Of a DNA stretch of 40,550 bases, positions 1 to 11,300 are shown in pieces. The notes beneath the pieces are model-generated. The model made no database searches and was not told where the DNA came from. It worked only from the letters and a program-made list of their open reading frames with translations. Position numbers and translations under genes: made by a program. Position 1 is the first letter of the stretch. The number at the start of each line of letters is the position of its first letter. This DNA is from a virus. Taxonomy: Duplodnaviria; Caudoviricetes. The DNA lies in IMG/VR virus record IMGVR_UViG_3300034128_000030, positions 1 to 40,550 of that record; one strand, given 5' to 3'.

Positions 1-25
1 TTGCGCCCCCCAAACCAAAAACTAC

Positions 26-39
26 CGTAATCTAAAACC
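26..39 (+). promoter_or_regulatory. Putative late promoter motif CGTAATCTAAAACC
   Basis: An identical 14-mer lies at 15997-16010. Both copies sit just upstream of structural gene starts. Confidence 0.55.
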
Positions 40-40
40 T

Positions 41-2527
41 ATGGCCGAGAAAACCCTAAAATTCCAGTGGGCGATGGACCAGTCGTCGCTCCAGGCCATC
101 AAGCGCGGGATGGATGAGTTGACGGCCAAGGCTCTGGCTTTGTCCAAGGCCCTTCAGGGGACGGGGCTACCTGGCGGCGGCGCTGGCGGAATTGGCGGGG
201 CCCCGAACGCAGGACCGGGCGGGGCTCCGGGGACTTCGGCCGGTGGGCGGGGGCCCGTAGCAAGTCCCCTGACCCAGATGGTCAACGCCAACGCGGCCGC
301 CTTCAAGAACATGGCGGCGGCGGGAACCTCGAGCATGCAGGGCTTGACCAACGCCCTCAAAACCACGGTAGGTCAGCAGGTCACTCAAATCGCGGGGCTC
401 CAAGCGGCTCTGCAGAAACTGAACGCCACCTACAATTCCCTGGGTGGCCAAGGAGCTACTGCGGGTTTGGTGCAGCAGAAGATGGTGCATGTGGCGGGAA
501 TGCTCAACGCAGCCCAGACGGCCGCTGCGCCGATGCAGCAGATGTATGCGGCCATGCGACCGCCCCTTCTGCCCGGGATTCCCATGCCTGGCGGCGCCGG
601 TGCTCCCCCGCCTCCTCCTGGTGCTCCTCCTGGTACCCCTCCGCCTCCCCCGGGTGGCGGCGGCAGAGGCTGGTTGAGCCCAATCGGGAGCGGGAATTTT
701 AGCTTGGCGAACCCAATGGGTTCCCTCCAGACAATGCTCGGGTCGACAGCTGGTGGGGCCGTGCTTGCGCGCAGCTTGGGTATGGTTGGCGCTGGGGCCA
801 TGGGGCTGATGCAGCAGAGTCAGGGCTGGAACAACGGCATGCTCGACCTGAAGGCGGCTCGTGGCGTCATGATGGCTCCCACCATGGGCCGGATGATGGG
901 CGGCGACATTTCAGACATTCTGAAGATGCAGGAGCTGGCCACCTACGACTCCCCAGACAGGGTGGAAGCCCTTCGTAGGAGCGGGAGTTTTGAAGCCAGA
1001 ACGTTGGCGGGGATTGGCGGCTATGCCTCGATGGCCAGGGGGGCTGTTGGGGCTGGTGGGTCGGTGACTGGAGCGACAGATGTGGCTCTCGACACAGCAG
1101 AAATGGGCCGACTCCTCGAGATGCGGGACAAGATGGGGGAGACAAAAGACTACAAGATGGGGGCGGGCCGCGGGTACGCTTACTTCAACGAGCAGCGAGG
1201 CTCCATGCTGTCGGCCAGCCGGTTGATGGGCCGTGGTATCAATTTCAAGGACGGCAAAAAGACCGACAGTTACAGCGACTGGGCCGCCGGCCTTCACGCG
1301 CGCGGGTTCTCCCCAGACGAAGCAATTTCGGCCGGTGTCCAAGCCCGTCAGATGGGCGGGTCGCAATTCGAAGCGGCCTTTGGTGACACCATCATGTCGG
1401 CCAATGCGGCGGGATGGAGCCAGGCGGGCGGAACCCTCCTGAATGCAGCGCGCGGCGGCGGGCTGGGTGACGCGGCGCGGTTGACTCGCGGCGCGCTGGG
1501 TGGCGGAATCGCCAAAGCGGCAGGTTTCCAGCTCGGCGACTCGCTGTTTGGGTTCGACCCCCGCGGTACGATTTCGGGCGAGGGCGCCCTCAAGGCGATT
1601 CAGCAAGGATTCTCCTTCACCGGCGGCCCCGAGGACTTCAACACGGTCCAGCGGGCGCAGCTGGGCATCCAGAGCGCTGACCGGCTCGCTGGCGGGTTCG
1701 ACGGGTACCAGAAGGGCATGAACCTGGCGAGCGCAATTAGCCTCATGCCAGGAGGCACCACCTACGCTCAGGACGCCCTCGGCGGGAAGATGGGGTTCAA
1801 GGAACTTGCCGAGGTGGCGTCAGGTAAGACTTCGCTCCGTTCGCGCGGATACGGTATCACCCAAGAGCAGGCCATGGGGCAGATTGGAGGCCAGGCTCAC
1901 GGGCTGTTCGCCAGGTTCGTGGAGCAGGGCGGGGACGACAATATCTCCAAGGCAATGCGCAAGATGCGTGAGTCGGGGATGTCTGAGCAGGAGTACATGG
2001 CCAGCCTGGGGGCCAAGGGCGGGGCTGCCTCCAGGCGGGAACTCGAGTACCTCGGCGTAGCGGCGAGCGACCTCATGGGCGGAGATGTCGAGGGCGGCGT
2101 AGGGATGATTCAGGCTCTGTCTGGGGTCAGAGGGCTCGACAAGGCCCAGCTCAAAGAGGGCAAAATTCCAGGCGCCGGAATCAGCGACGTCGAAAAGGCG
2201 GCGCGAGAGGCCGAGGCAAAGCTGATGCGCGAGTCGGCAGCAGCCCTCAAGGACAACATCGACCGGGTCGTCAAGGGCTTCGAAGGCCTCAGCGCGACTC
2301 TCGCTTCGACCGCCAACTTCACCGGTCTGGCCAGCAGCGCAAAGGACGCGACAGACCGCCTCCTCGAGCTTGCCGGCGTGCCACGTAGCGACTTCGAGAA
2401 GTCCCGAGGCTCCACGACAAAGACCGCTCTCGAAAACTCTGTTCTGGGCAACACCGACTCCACGGGGGTCAAGGGCGGGCCGAACTTCGCTGGCCCCATG
2501 CCGGATTGGTTCGGGAGCAGGCCATGA
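41..2527 (+). CDS. Tape-measure-like tail protein (828 aa)
   Basis: Long Ala/Gly/Met-rich, largely helical-looking ORF with a Pro/Gly linker, directly upstream of the hub, spike and baseplate genes. The call is mostly from synteny. Confidence 0.6.
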   Translation: MAEKTLKFQWAMDQSSLQAIKRGMDELTAKALALSKALQGTGLPGGGAGGIGGAPNAGPGGAPGTSAGGRGPVASPLTQMVNANAAAFKNMAAAGTSSMQGLTNALKTTVGQQVTQIAGLQAALQKLNATYNSLGGQGATAGLVQQKMVHVAGMLNAAQTAAAPMQQMYAAMRPPLLPGIPMPGGAGAPPPPPGAPPGTPPPPPGGGGRGWLSPIGSGNFSLANPMGSLQTMLGSTAGGAVLARSLGMVGAGAMGLMQQSQGWNNGMLDLKAARGVMMAPTMGRMMGGDISDILKMQELATYDSPDRVEALRRSGSFEARTLAGIGGYASMARGAVGAGGSVTGATDVALDTAEMGRLLEMRDKMGETKDYKMGAGRGYAYFNEQRGSMLSASRLMGRGINFKDGKKTDSYSDWAAGLHARGFSPDEAISAGVQARQMGGSQFEAAFGDTIMSANAAGWSQAGGTLLNAARGGGLGDAARLTRGALGGGIAKAAGFQLGDSLFGFDPRGTISGEGALKAIQQGFSFTGGPEDFNTVQRAQLGIQSADRLAGGFDGYQKGMNLASAISLMPGGTTYAQDALGGKMGFKELAEVASGKTSLRSRGYGITQEQAMGQIGGQAHGLFARFVEQGGDDNISKAMRKMRESGMSEQEYMASLGAKGGAASRRELEYLGVAASDLMGGDVEGGVGMIQALSGVRGLDKAQLKEGKIPGAGISDVEKAAREAEAKLMRESAAALKDNIDRVVKGFEGLSATLASTANFTGLASSAKDATDRLLELAGVPRSDFEKSRGSTTKTALENSVLGNTDSTGVKGGPNFAGPMPDWFGSRP

Positions 2528-4623
2528 GCCACAAGCGCTACTATGACTTGCTGTGGGGGTTTGGGGAGAAGGACGACGCCGAGGAGGCCCCCAGCAGCAT
2601 CGACACCTCACCTACCGCAATCATCGCGGTGTGGAGGTACCGCTACCCCGTCACGTTCTCCCGAGCCAAGCAGGCCTCGTTCAGCAAGAGCGCCTCCGAC
2701 ATCACCGCGCTGCGGGATGAAGTCCTGGTCATCGTCGAGGACGTCGCCAGCGTAACGGTGAATTCGACCAAGACGAACCATATTTCTCAGATGTCGGCCA
2801 CCCTCAAGCCAGGCGCCAACTACCTCACGGAGATTTTCCCGGGGGATTGGGCGGCCTGCTGGATTGTGAACAGCATCGCCAAGGCCAACGACCTCATCGC
2901 CAGAATTCGAGGCGGCAAGGCCTGCAACGGCTTCGACGATGGTCTCAAGTGGATGGGTCGTCTCGCAGCTCCCCGTGTCGGGCTCGTGCAAGGTGCCCGA
3001 GGTGCCCGCACGAGCCACTACACCATCAACGGTGGCGGCTTCCAGGAGTTCGACGCCGGGCTCTATTTTGAGCCTTACCTTGCGTCGGACTCGACCGGCC
3101 TGGCCAGTGAGTGGCTGCAGAAGACGGGGCTGGCAATCGAGCAGGTAATGCTCCGCGGCGACGGTGGCCCCAACAGTCAGGAGACGGTCATCACCGCCAC
3201 CAAGGCGATGCCCTTGTTCATGGACGCGTTTTTTGGCAACGGTGTGCCCGCCAACCAGGGTTTCCAGGACACGCCAGCGGGAATCCCCATCACCAAGGGA
3301 CTCGACAATCCCAACGGCTTCGTCATCCCCGCCCCCGTAGCGGCCGTGCTGGGTGTGACCACGGGCACGAAGTCCACCGGTAAGGTCGGATGGAACGACG
3401 TCTGCAACTTGCTGTATGGCGTGCAGAAATACCAGCTCGGTAACTCACCTCAGGACTCCGCCTTCTTGGTCACGTCCGAAACCGAACAGGGCAGCTCCTC
3501 AGCCACCTACAGCTCGGCAGGCCAAATCTTCGCACCCGACGGCGTCTCAACAGATGGCAGCACCCGCAGGTTGCAGTGCACCGACGACTTGCTCGGGTCC
3601 TTCTTGCCGAGTGCCCCTCAGTTCGACGGCCAGCGAACGGTCTGGTCTGTCCTGGAGCAATACCTCAACCCGGCTGTCAATGAGATGTACACGTGCCTCC
3701 GCGCTGGTCCGACGGGAGCTGTCATGCCGACCCTGGTGGTGCGGCAGCTCCCCTTCACCTCGGGCGTGCTCGACGAGACCTACCGTCCCCGCAAAATTCC
3801 ACCGGCAGACCTTCCCAAAAGCGCCAAGGCCAAGAAGCCCAAGACCCCGCCCCTGCCCAACCCCATCGACGCACCCCGCAAGCTTGCTTTGACCCGCTTC
3901 GTGGAGGTCCCACGCTGGGTGGTGCATCCGCTCCTGTTCAAGGGCGGCGAGCTGGGGCGTAGCGACTCCTTGAGGTTCAACTTTATTCACGTATATGGGG
4001 AGACGGGCCTCGCCGACCAAAACAGGGCAGGCTACATCACACGCGACCCGCCCATCGCCGACGACATGGACATCTGCCGTTCTGGCTTCAGACCTTACAT
4101 GTCCACGGTGCACTGCTCCCCGCACGACGCCACCAGCCGAAGGGCCGGTGACTGGATGTACATTCTCAGCGACATCCTGATGGGGCAGCACCTGACGCTG
4201 ACGGGCACGATGCAGCTTGTAGGAATTCAGTCGCCTATTTGCATCGGAGACAACATCGAGTTCGACAACCATATTCTGCACATCGAAGGCCTGACCCACT
4301 CCTACAACGTGAACTCTCAGACCGGCATTAAAACCTTCCGCACCAACCTGGCCCTGAGCCACGGACTGAAGATTGAGCAGCTCGACGGAAGCGACTTCGG
4401 CATGTACTCCGGTACTGGCCCGGATGACCTTCGCGCCTACGCCGGTACGACGAGTCGCGACTACCAGGTGAACCCGACAGAACCTTCGTCGCCTCCTGCC
4501 CAAGGAGTCACCGACGCTGGCGACCCGAACCTGGACAGGATAGGTGAGACGCTGGGTGGCGTTGCGGAAGTCTTCCAATCCAAGGCTGAAGGGTTCGCAG
4601 GAATCTTCAAGAAGGACCTATGA
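2524..4623 (+). CDS. Baseplate hub / tail protein (gp27/gp44-like)
   Basis: ATG at 2524 overlaps the upstream stop (ATGA). C-terminal motif 'GTMQLVG..PICIGDNIEF...IEGLTHSY...T.L.LSHG' is typical of hub proteins. Lies between the tape measure and the spike. Confidence 0.65.
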   Translation: MSHKRYYDLLWGFGEKDDAEEAPSSIDTSPTAIIAVWRYRYPVTFSRAKQASFSKSASDITALRDEVLVIVEDVASVTVNSTKTNHISQMSATLKPGANYLTEIFPGDWAACWIVNSIAKANDLIARIRGGKACNGFDDGLKWMGRLAAPRVGLVQGARGARTSHYTINGGGFQEFDAGLYFEPYLASDSTGLASEWLQKTGLAIEQVMLRGDGGPNSQETVITATKAMPLFMDAFFGNGVPANQGFQDTPAGIPITKGLDNPNGFVIPAPVAAVLGVTTGTKSTGKVGWNDVCNLLYGVQKYQLGNSPQDSAFLVTSETEQGSSSATYSSAGQIFAPDGVSTDGSTRRLQCTDDLLGSFLPSAPQFDGQRTVWSVLEQYLNPAVNEMYTCLRAGPTGAVMPTLVVRQLPFTSGVLDETYRPRKIPPADLPKSAKAKKPKTPPLPNPIDAPRKLALTRFVEVPRWVVHPLLFKGGELGRSDSLRFNFIHVYGETGLADQNRAGYITRDPPIADDMDICRSGFRPYMSTVHCSPHDATSRRAGDWMYILSDILMGQHLTLTGTMQLVGIQSPICIGDNIEFDNHILHIEGLTHSYNVNSQTGIKTFRTNLALSHGLKIEQLDGSDFGMYSGTGPDDLRAYAGTTSRDYQVNPTEPSSPPAQGVTDAGDPNLDRIGETLGGVAEVFQSKAEGFAGIFKKDL

Positions 4624-5705
4624 GCAATATTCTCTCTGACGGAACCTGCATTCCTAGCTACCTTGGCTCCCGCTCGCGCGGCGTCGGTGGCGGCTCACGC
4701 GTCGCTCTCAACGATTCCGTCCTGCACCTCGGCGAAATCAAGAAGGTCATCTGGCCCGACGACAAGAACAGCTACACCAAGACGACCGTGGAGTACGAGG
4801 TCGAAGTCCAGTACAGGTCTGGCAGCGGCGGGTATGTATCCTCTACATTCCGAGGCGCTACCCTCAGCAATGTGTTCGGGGGCAACGCGGACCAGATGCG
4901 GGCCACGCTTCGGCCCGGCAAGGGCGACTCGGACAAGGCGATGGGGGCCGGCAGCAAGGTCCTTTTGCTGTGCATCGGCGGGGACCAGCAGAAGGCGATT
5001 ATTCTCGGCGGCGTCAGAGACCCCAACTCGAAATTGGTGGAGTCAAAGGACGACGGCCATCACCTCTTCTTTGAATTCAACGGCGCCCAATTCAGCGTCG
5101 ACAAGGATGGCCAGGCGCAGTTCCTGTTCCGAGGCGCAACCAAGGTCGACGGCACCTTGACCGACTCTGCTGTGACCGAAGCGGAGGGAACGTCCGTCCT
5201 CCTCGACAAGGACGGCGGTTTTACTGTCGGTACGCCAGACCTCGCGCAGTACATCAAGATTGACCACAAAAACAAGAAGATTGAAATCCTCTCGGACGAC
5301 GACTTCCACGTCACCTCAAACGGCAAGGTAACGGTCGAAGCCCAGGGGGACGTTTCCGTTTCTACCAAGGGGTCCGCAACCATCACGGCCCAGGGAACAA
5401 TCAGCGAGAAATCCGCTGGAGTCCTGATTGGGGACGCAACCGACGCGACAATGAAGGGCACCACCTACCGGGCGGCGGAACAGGCCCTCCACTCTCAGCT
5501 CGCATCGGGGTTGACGGCCTTGGGGCCCTTGTTGGCGACGGTCGCCGGAGCTATGACCGCCGCAGCCTTGCTAAATCCGCCTCTGGGGCCGGCCGCGGTA
5601 CCTTTGACTGCTGCGAGTGTCCTGATGGGGCAGCTCGCCGGAGCCATCCAGGCCTTTGAAGGCCAGGCCCAGCTGTTTTTGAGCACAAAGAACAAGAGCG
5701 ACTGA
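4620..5705 (+). CDS. Baseplate central spike (gpV/gp5-like)
   Basis: N-terminal OB-fold-like region ending 'GSKVLLLCIGGDQQKAIILGG', then beta-helix-like repeats (VTSNGKVTVEAQGDVSVSTKGSATITAQG). ATGA-coupled to the hub gene. Confidence 0.7.
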   Translation: MSNILSDGTCIPSYLGSRSRGVGGGSRVALNDSVLHLGEIKKVIWPDDKNSYTKTTVEYEVEVQYRSGSGGYVSSTFRGATLSNVFGGNADQMRATLRPGKGDSDKAMGAGSKVLLLCIGGDQQKAIILGGVRDPNSKLVESKDDGHHLFFEFNGAQFSVDKDGQAQFLFRGATKVDGTLTDSAVTEAEGTSVLLDKDGGFTVGTPDLAQYIKIDHKNKKIEILSDDDFHVTSNGKVTVEAQGDVSVSTKGSATITAQGTISEKSAGVLIGDATDATMKGTTYRAAEQALHSQLASGLTALGPLLATVAGAMTAAALLNPPLGPAAVPLTAASVLMGQLAGAIQAFEGQAQLFLSTKNKSD

Positions 5706-5706
5706 G

Positions 5707-5714
5707 CGTAATCT
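5707..5714 (+). promoter_or_regulatory. Putative late promoter motif CGTAATCT
   Basis: Same core as 26-39, in the short intergenic gap before the ATG at 5724. Confidence 0.45.
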
Positions 5715-5723
5715 GGAGCGTAC

Positions 5724-8303
5724 ATGGCCATCGTATCCAGCACGCCAGGTTCAATCCGTGCACTAGGTGCGGCCACTCAAGCCGCCCAGGAAAATGTCGA
5801 CGTATTCAAGAGCGCCCAGTCGCCGGGCGGGGCAGGCATTTACGTACGACCTGACGGGATTCCTCTCACCCCCCATCCGTTCTGGTCGGTGTCGTCGGCA
5901 GAGTCGATTGCGGCCAACTGGGACCAGAGCTTCCCGTACCAGCTCCTCTGGCTTCGCAAGAAGGGCAAAGCGTGGAAGATTGAACTCAGGTACACGTTCC
6001 CGCTTCCCCCTGAGAGCCTGACCATCAACACCCCCTTCGCGATTGAGCTGTCCGTGACGGCCGGCGGAACGCTCGAGGAGCACAACGGGGCCCCGCTCCG
6101 GGACATCACTCTGTCGGGGACGACAGGAACGTTCCCGCTGCGTGGAGCGGTGGACAAGCCTTCGTTCTTCGAGGCCGAGTTCGCAGGCATCTTCGCGGGA
6201 ACCGCAAACGCCGTGCGCGGCATCGGCTCGACAATCTCCCAGGCCGGAAATCTGTTGGGAGGCGTCAGTACCCCCAACAACATCGTCTCGAAGACAGAGA
6301 TGGCCGACGGGCTCGGACGAGGCACCGGCTTCTACCAGCACCAGCTCCTGACCCGTTTTCTCGAAGCGTATGTGGAGCGTAAGCGCCGCGGGGACAAGAA
6401 CCTGAAGTTGGGGCTCGCCATCTGGAAAGAGCGCTGCATCTATCTTCTCAAGCCGAGCGGTCTGAACGTGCCTCGGACCGCAGCGAGACCTCTCGAGTAC
6501 CCCTTTCATTTTACGGCGACAGCCACTCGGCGGATTGTCCTGGACGACACGACGGGCGCAGCGGCCCCATACGAGGGGGAGGTCGGAGTAGGGTCGCCTG
6601 ACACTTTCGCAAAAGTGGTGTCTGCGCTCACGACCGCTCGGGGCGTGCTCGAGGGGGCCAGGGATGTGCTGAGCGGCGTCAGGGCTGACGTCCAGCAGGT
6701 CCTGTTCACTCCTCTTCGCCAAGCGACCCTCTTCGCCAAAGACGCGGTCGGCACCGTGCTGGCGGCAACTGACTTCCCCAGCGACATCATCACCGACATG
6801 AAAGAGCCCCTCCTTGAGGCGTCAGCGACCCTGAATGCTGTCGGGGCTTCCAGTCGCCAAACGCCGGGCAATGCGGCGGCAAGCGGTGCCGCAATCCAAG
6901 AGGCATTCCGCGAGCTGGCTGTATCTACAGGCAAGGCCGACACGGGCTCTGGCCGAGACAGCACCACCAACCGGTCGGGGCTTTTTGGTTCGGGGCAGAA
7001 CAAGAAGAACGCCGCTCCAGCCAATAAAATAATGGAGACCCCGGTCGCGAATTACAGCTTCTTCTCCACCATCCGCCCCAACGCCCTCAGCTTGCGACCC
7101 GACACCGTGAGGAAGATGGAGACGGAACGCGCCGCCGTGAAGAATCTTCACCGCGAGGATTTTGAGAAGTCTAGGGACGGCATCGAAAAGCTTTTGGCTG
7201 AGTTCTCGGACGCTGTGGGGGCAGGAAGTGCCACCTACAGTCGCACCTTCAAGCTCCCCCATCGCTCCACCTCCCGCGAGCCCACCGACGGAGAATGGGC
7301 CCTCATCTACGCGATGACCGACGTCCTCCAGCAGTTCGACTCCTTGGCCGCCAGCGCCAAGGTCAACCACAATCAGGTCACCAGCCTGGATTATGTCGCA
7401 GGTCTCGCGGCCCGGTCAGGAATCGCCTTCACCGTCCCCACGTCGAAGTTCGCCGTACCGTTCCCATACGGAGCCACACTCGAGGGCCTGGCCGAAAGGT
7501 ACCTGGGGTCGATGGACAGCTGGCACGAAATTGCGACCCTCAACGGACTGAGGGCCCCGTACGTTGACGAAATCGGATTCAGGCTCCCCATCTCGACGAA
7601 CGGGATGGGCTGGCAGGTCGTCGTGGCTGACGCCTCGAATCTGTTCCCTGGCCAGAAGGTGTGGATTGAGAGCGTGGCCGTGCTGCGCGAAACACGGCGC
7701 GTCCAGAAGATTGTCAGGACCGGCAATTCGTGGGCTGTGACGCTGGACGGAAAAGACGACCTCGCAAAATACACGACTTCGGACCGAGCGTTCCTGCAGG
7801 GGTTCCTTGCGGGGACTGTGAACAGCCAGCAGCAGATTTACATCCCGTCTGACGCCCCACCCAGCCTCGACGAGGACGATTTCAGGTCGCGGAAGGTCCC
7901 CGGAGTCGACTACTTTGACCCGCTGGTTGCTTCGTGCGGGATTGATTGGCTACTCACGTCGGACAACGACATTATCTTCGTGCCGGACGGCAGCACCCGA
8001 CTCGCCGCGGGGCTGACGAACCAGGTCCAGAAGGTGAGGTTGGCTATCGGCACCCCCAAAGGCTCGCTGAGCGGCCACTCAGACTACGGCGTGTCCATCA
8101 AGGCTGGCGAGAGCACCGCCGACGTGAGCGCGGACCAGATTCTGGAAGACCTCAACCACCTCTTCGACTCCGACCCCTCCTTCACTGGAGTCAAGGGCGT
8201 CTCGGTCGCCAAATCGGCCGGAAGTGTCATCGCCCGACTGACGGTCGGCATCGCAGGAACGGGCCAGTACGTCCCCCTCCAGGTGGACCTCCGCCAGAAA
8301 TGA
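5724..8303 (+). CDS. Baseplate protein: tube-initiator-like N-terminus, LysM domain, gp25-like C-terminus
   Basis: N-terminal 'PPESLTIN...ITLSGTTG'; LysM-like 'GATLEGLAERYLGSMDSWHEIATLNGLRAPY'; gp25-like 'GLTNQVQKVRLAIGTPKGSLSGHSDYGV...DSDPSF'. Confidence 0.65.
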   Translation: MAIVSSTPGSIRALGAATQAAQENVDVFKSAQSPGGAGIYVRPDGIPLTPHPFWSVSSAESIAANWDQSFPYQLLWLRKKGKAWKIELRYTFPLPPESLTINTPFAIELSVTAGGTLEEHNGAPLRDITLSGTTGTFPLRGAVDKPSFFEAEFAGIFAGTANAVRGIGSTISQAGNLLGGVSTPNNIVSKTEMADGLGRGTGFYQHQLLTRFLEAYVERKRRGDKNLKLGLAIWKERCIYLLKPSGLNVPRTAARPLEYPFHFTATATRRIVLDDTTGAAAPYEGEVGVGSPDTFAKVVSALTTARGVLEGARDVLSGVRADVQQVLFTPLRQATLFAKDAVGTVLAATDFPSDIITDMKEPLLEASATLNAVGASSRQTPGNAAASGAAIQEAFRELAVSTGKADTGSGRDSTTNRSGLFGSGQNKKNAAPANKIMETPVANYSFFSTIRPNALSLRPDTVRKMETERAAVKNLHREDFEKSRDGIEKLLAEFSDAVGAGSATYSRTFKLPHRSTSREPTDGEWALIYAMTDVLQQFDSLAASAKVNHNQVTSLDYVAGLAARSGIAFTVPTSKFAVPFPYGATLEGLAERYLGSMDSWHEIATLNGLRAPYVDEIGFRLPISTNGMGWQVVVADASNLFPGQKVWIESVAVLRETRRVQKIVRTGNSWAVTLDGKDDLAKYTTSDRAFLQGFLAGTVNSQQQIYIPSDAPPSLDEDDFRSRKVPGVDYFDPLVASCGIDWLLTSDNDIIFVPDGSTRLAAGLTNQVQKVRLAIGTPKGSLSGHSDYGVSIKAGESTADVSADQILEDLNHLFDSDPSFTGVKGVSVAKSAGSVIARLTVGIAGTGQYVPLQVDLRQK

Positions 8304-8392
8304 CGCGGTAGTGGTATACTGCGTGGCCCCGGACCGTGTCTGGGGGTAATCTGTGGCGAGTCCCCTTCAAAATCAAACAAAAGGCCCAGCCG

Positions 8393-11300
8393 ATGGCTTC
8401 CGTCCCCACACCCCGTTCCCGCTCGCAAATTATTGGCGAAATCGTCGACAGCGTGACGTCGCGCACCGAGATTGGAGGGTTCCAGGTTGGCTCGCCCCAG
8501 CTGAGCTTTATTGAGGCCGCCGCCACCAGCGACGCCCGCGGGAGCCAGGACACATTCCAGCTGCTTGCTTCAAACTCTCTGGAGCGTGCGCAGGGCGAAG
8601 CCCTTGACCGTATCGGCGCGAAAGAGCAGACCCCCCGCCTTGGGCAGATTCCGTCGTCGGGCTGGGTGGACATCTTCGACACGTCCTTCGTGCGTATCGC
8701 CACGTCTATCTATCAAGGCGGGGCAGCACCCGCGGTCGGCACCGTCTCCCTCCTGGTGGAGTCTGCAGCCAGTTTCGCACCGACGGGCAGCCTGTATATC
8801 GGCCGGGGGACCTCCAATTACGAGGGCCCGATTCCGTACTCGGCTGTCGCCAATGCGGGGGCCTACTGGACCATCACTCTCGTCACGGGTACCACCAAGA
8901 CTCACAACCTCGGCGAGGGCGTTGTGCTTGCTCAGGGCGGCAACCGAGCAATCCCCGTAGGAACCCTGGTCCGTACACCTCAAGGCAACGCGAGCACCGC
9001 GGTGCAGTTCGCGATTTCGTTCACGGCGAGCATCCCCGACGGCGAAACGGAGACCTTGCAGGTCCCAGCGAGAGCGCGGGTCCCGGGCAGCGTCGGAAAC
9101 GTACCTGTCGGAGCTGTGACGGAGTTCGTCAGTCCTCCGTTCATTGGGGCTGGCGTCTCGAACCCGGCACCGTTCGCGAACGGTCTCGACACGGAAGACG
9201 ACTCCACCTACAGGGAGCGCATTCGGGCAGCAAGGCAGAGCAAAAGCAAGGGCACTTCCCTGGCCGTTCAGACCTCGGTCCTTGGCCTGAGCGCCCCCGA
9301 CGAAAACAACCGCATTCTGAGCGCCCATTCTGTCCGGTCTGCGGGCGGCGGCGCCACCCTGTACATCGACGACGGCACCGGATACGAGCACAAGACGGAG
9401 GGCGTGGCGTTCGAGTCGATTGTCGCCTCTGCGACCGGCGGAGAGAAAAAGTTCCAGCTGGTCAGCGGCAAGCCGGTTGAGAAGGCAGCTCTCGTGACCA
9501 CGGTAGCTCCCCCGTTCCGTCTTACCCACCTGTCCGAACTTGCTGTCGAGGTGGGTGGCACCCGAACGTCCCATCTTTTTGTCGATTCTGAGTTCGCGAG
9601 CATCGCCAACGCGACGGCTCATGAGGTTGCGAGCGCAATCAACGCGGATGCCTCGCTGGGCTGGGTTGCCCGCACCACCGACGGGGCGACCAAGGTCTCC
9701 CTCTCGGCAAAAGCCAGCACGAATGAAGAAATCCAGGTCGTGGAGCCCGCGGCCGGCAATGCCGACGCTGGCGCTGCGATGGGGTTCCCCACCTCGCTGT
9801 CTCAGTCCTTGTGGTTGTACCGCAACGACCAGCTCCTGTCGAAGGACGGTCGCCTGGCCGCCTTGCGCACCAAGCCCCAGTCGGGCTGGGGCTCAATCTC
9901 TTCCGGGGACACACTGCTGATTGAGGTCGACGGAATTCCCCTCACCATCACCATCAGCGATGCCAGCTTCGTCGCCGCAAAAACGCCGTACGCCCAGGTC
10001 AGTGCGACAAATTCGCTCGCTTCGTGGGCGGCCGTGCTGAACAGGACAGTACCCGGAATCACCGCGTCCGTATCGGGCTCGTCGCTGGTGGTCCAGAGCA
10101 ACCGGAATAGGTCCGGTGAAGCTTCTGTGGTCGTCACCGGGGGCGCCATCGGCGGTGCGATGTTCGCGGAGACGGCAGCGTTCGGAGACAATGCCGACTA
10201 CACCCTCAACCGGAACATCGGGCTCGTTCAGTTGTCCCAGGCCCTGGCCTCTGGAGAGCGCCTCAGCGCGGGCTCTCTTTCGACTCGCGGATTCCTCGAG
10301 GCCGAGGTGGCCTCGCTCGTTATCGCCTCAGAGCCGACATCCGTGGCCGGCGAGGTTGGAGCCGAGCTGTGGGTTGTGGTCGACGGCGCTCCCGTGGTCC
10401 CCGCCATCGGCACCGGTCCAGGCACAGACCTGACGGTAAGTGGCGTGGCCGCTCCTCCGTGGGGCGTTCGGGTTCGCTACACGAGCACTGCCGGGCTCAG
10501 CCTGTTCGGCGACCTCCGTCGCGGCGATTGGGTCATCGCGACCGACGTGAATTTCGACATCGAAAACCGCGGCGCGTTCCGCGTTGTGGACCTCCCCACC
10601 TCCGCGCCATTTTCGTGGGTCGAGGTCGAGCAGTCCCCCGCTTGGGCATCTCCGCAGGCTCTGACTCTGTCCGGGGACGGGTTCAGGGCTGTGCGAACGG
10701 ACGTGGCTCCCCAGCGCATCTTCGTTGGGGTGACAGGCAATCCGTACACCGCGACCTCACTGGCTCGCGAAGTGGACGCTCAGGTTGTGGGCGGTGCGGC
10801 GACCGTGTATCGCACGACGCGCATGAGAGTGCGGACCAATACCTTTGACGCCACCAAGGGCAGTATTGTCGCCGTCGCAGCGAACGCCGAGGGGGTCCGC
10901 TTCGGTCTCGCCATGGGCGAGGTCCGGCGGTCGGGTGTCAGTCACTTGGGAAGCGTCGTCGGAACAGCTTCGCAGAAGGGGACTCCTGGGTTCGATTTCT
11001 ACGAGGTGGGGCCTGCCCCGACCTCTACCGTACTGAGCTTCGCTGGCACCGCGCCGAGCAGCGGCGACGTGATTGTCGGACTGAAGTCCCTCGCTGAGTT
11101 CATCACCGACCTGAACCCTCGCTGGGGTAACCAGGGCTTCGAGAGCACCATCGAAATCCAGTCGACCGGCTCGATGACGCTCCGTGAGGCCCCCGTCAAG
11201 CAGTGGCTCCAGGGCGAGCGATTCTACGCAGCGGCTCCGTTCGCCCTGTCTGCACGGGACTCGTTGGGCGTTGTGCTGGACGGAGATGAGATTTCGAAGC

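Noticed and set aside
590-665. CCT/CCG-rich short repeats
   Set aside because: They simply encode a Pro/Gly linker.
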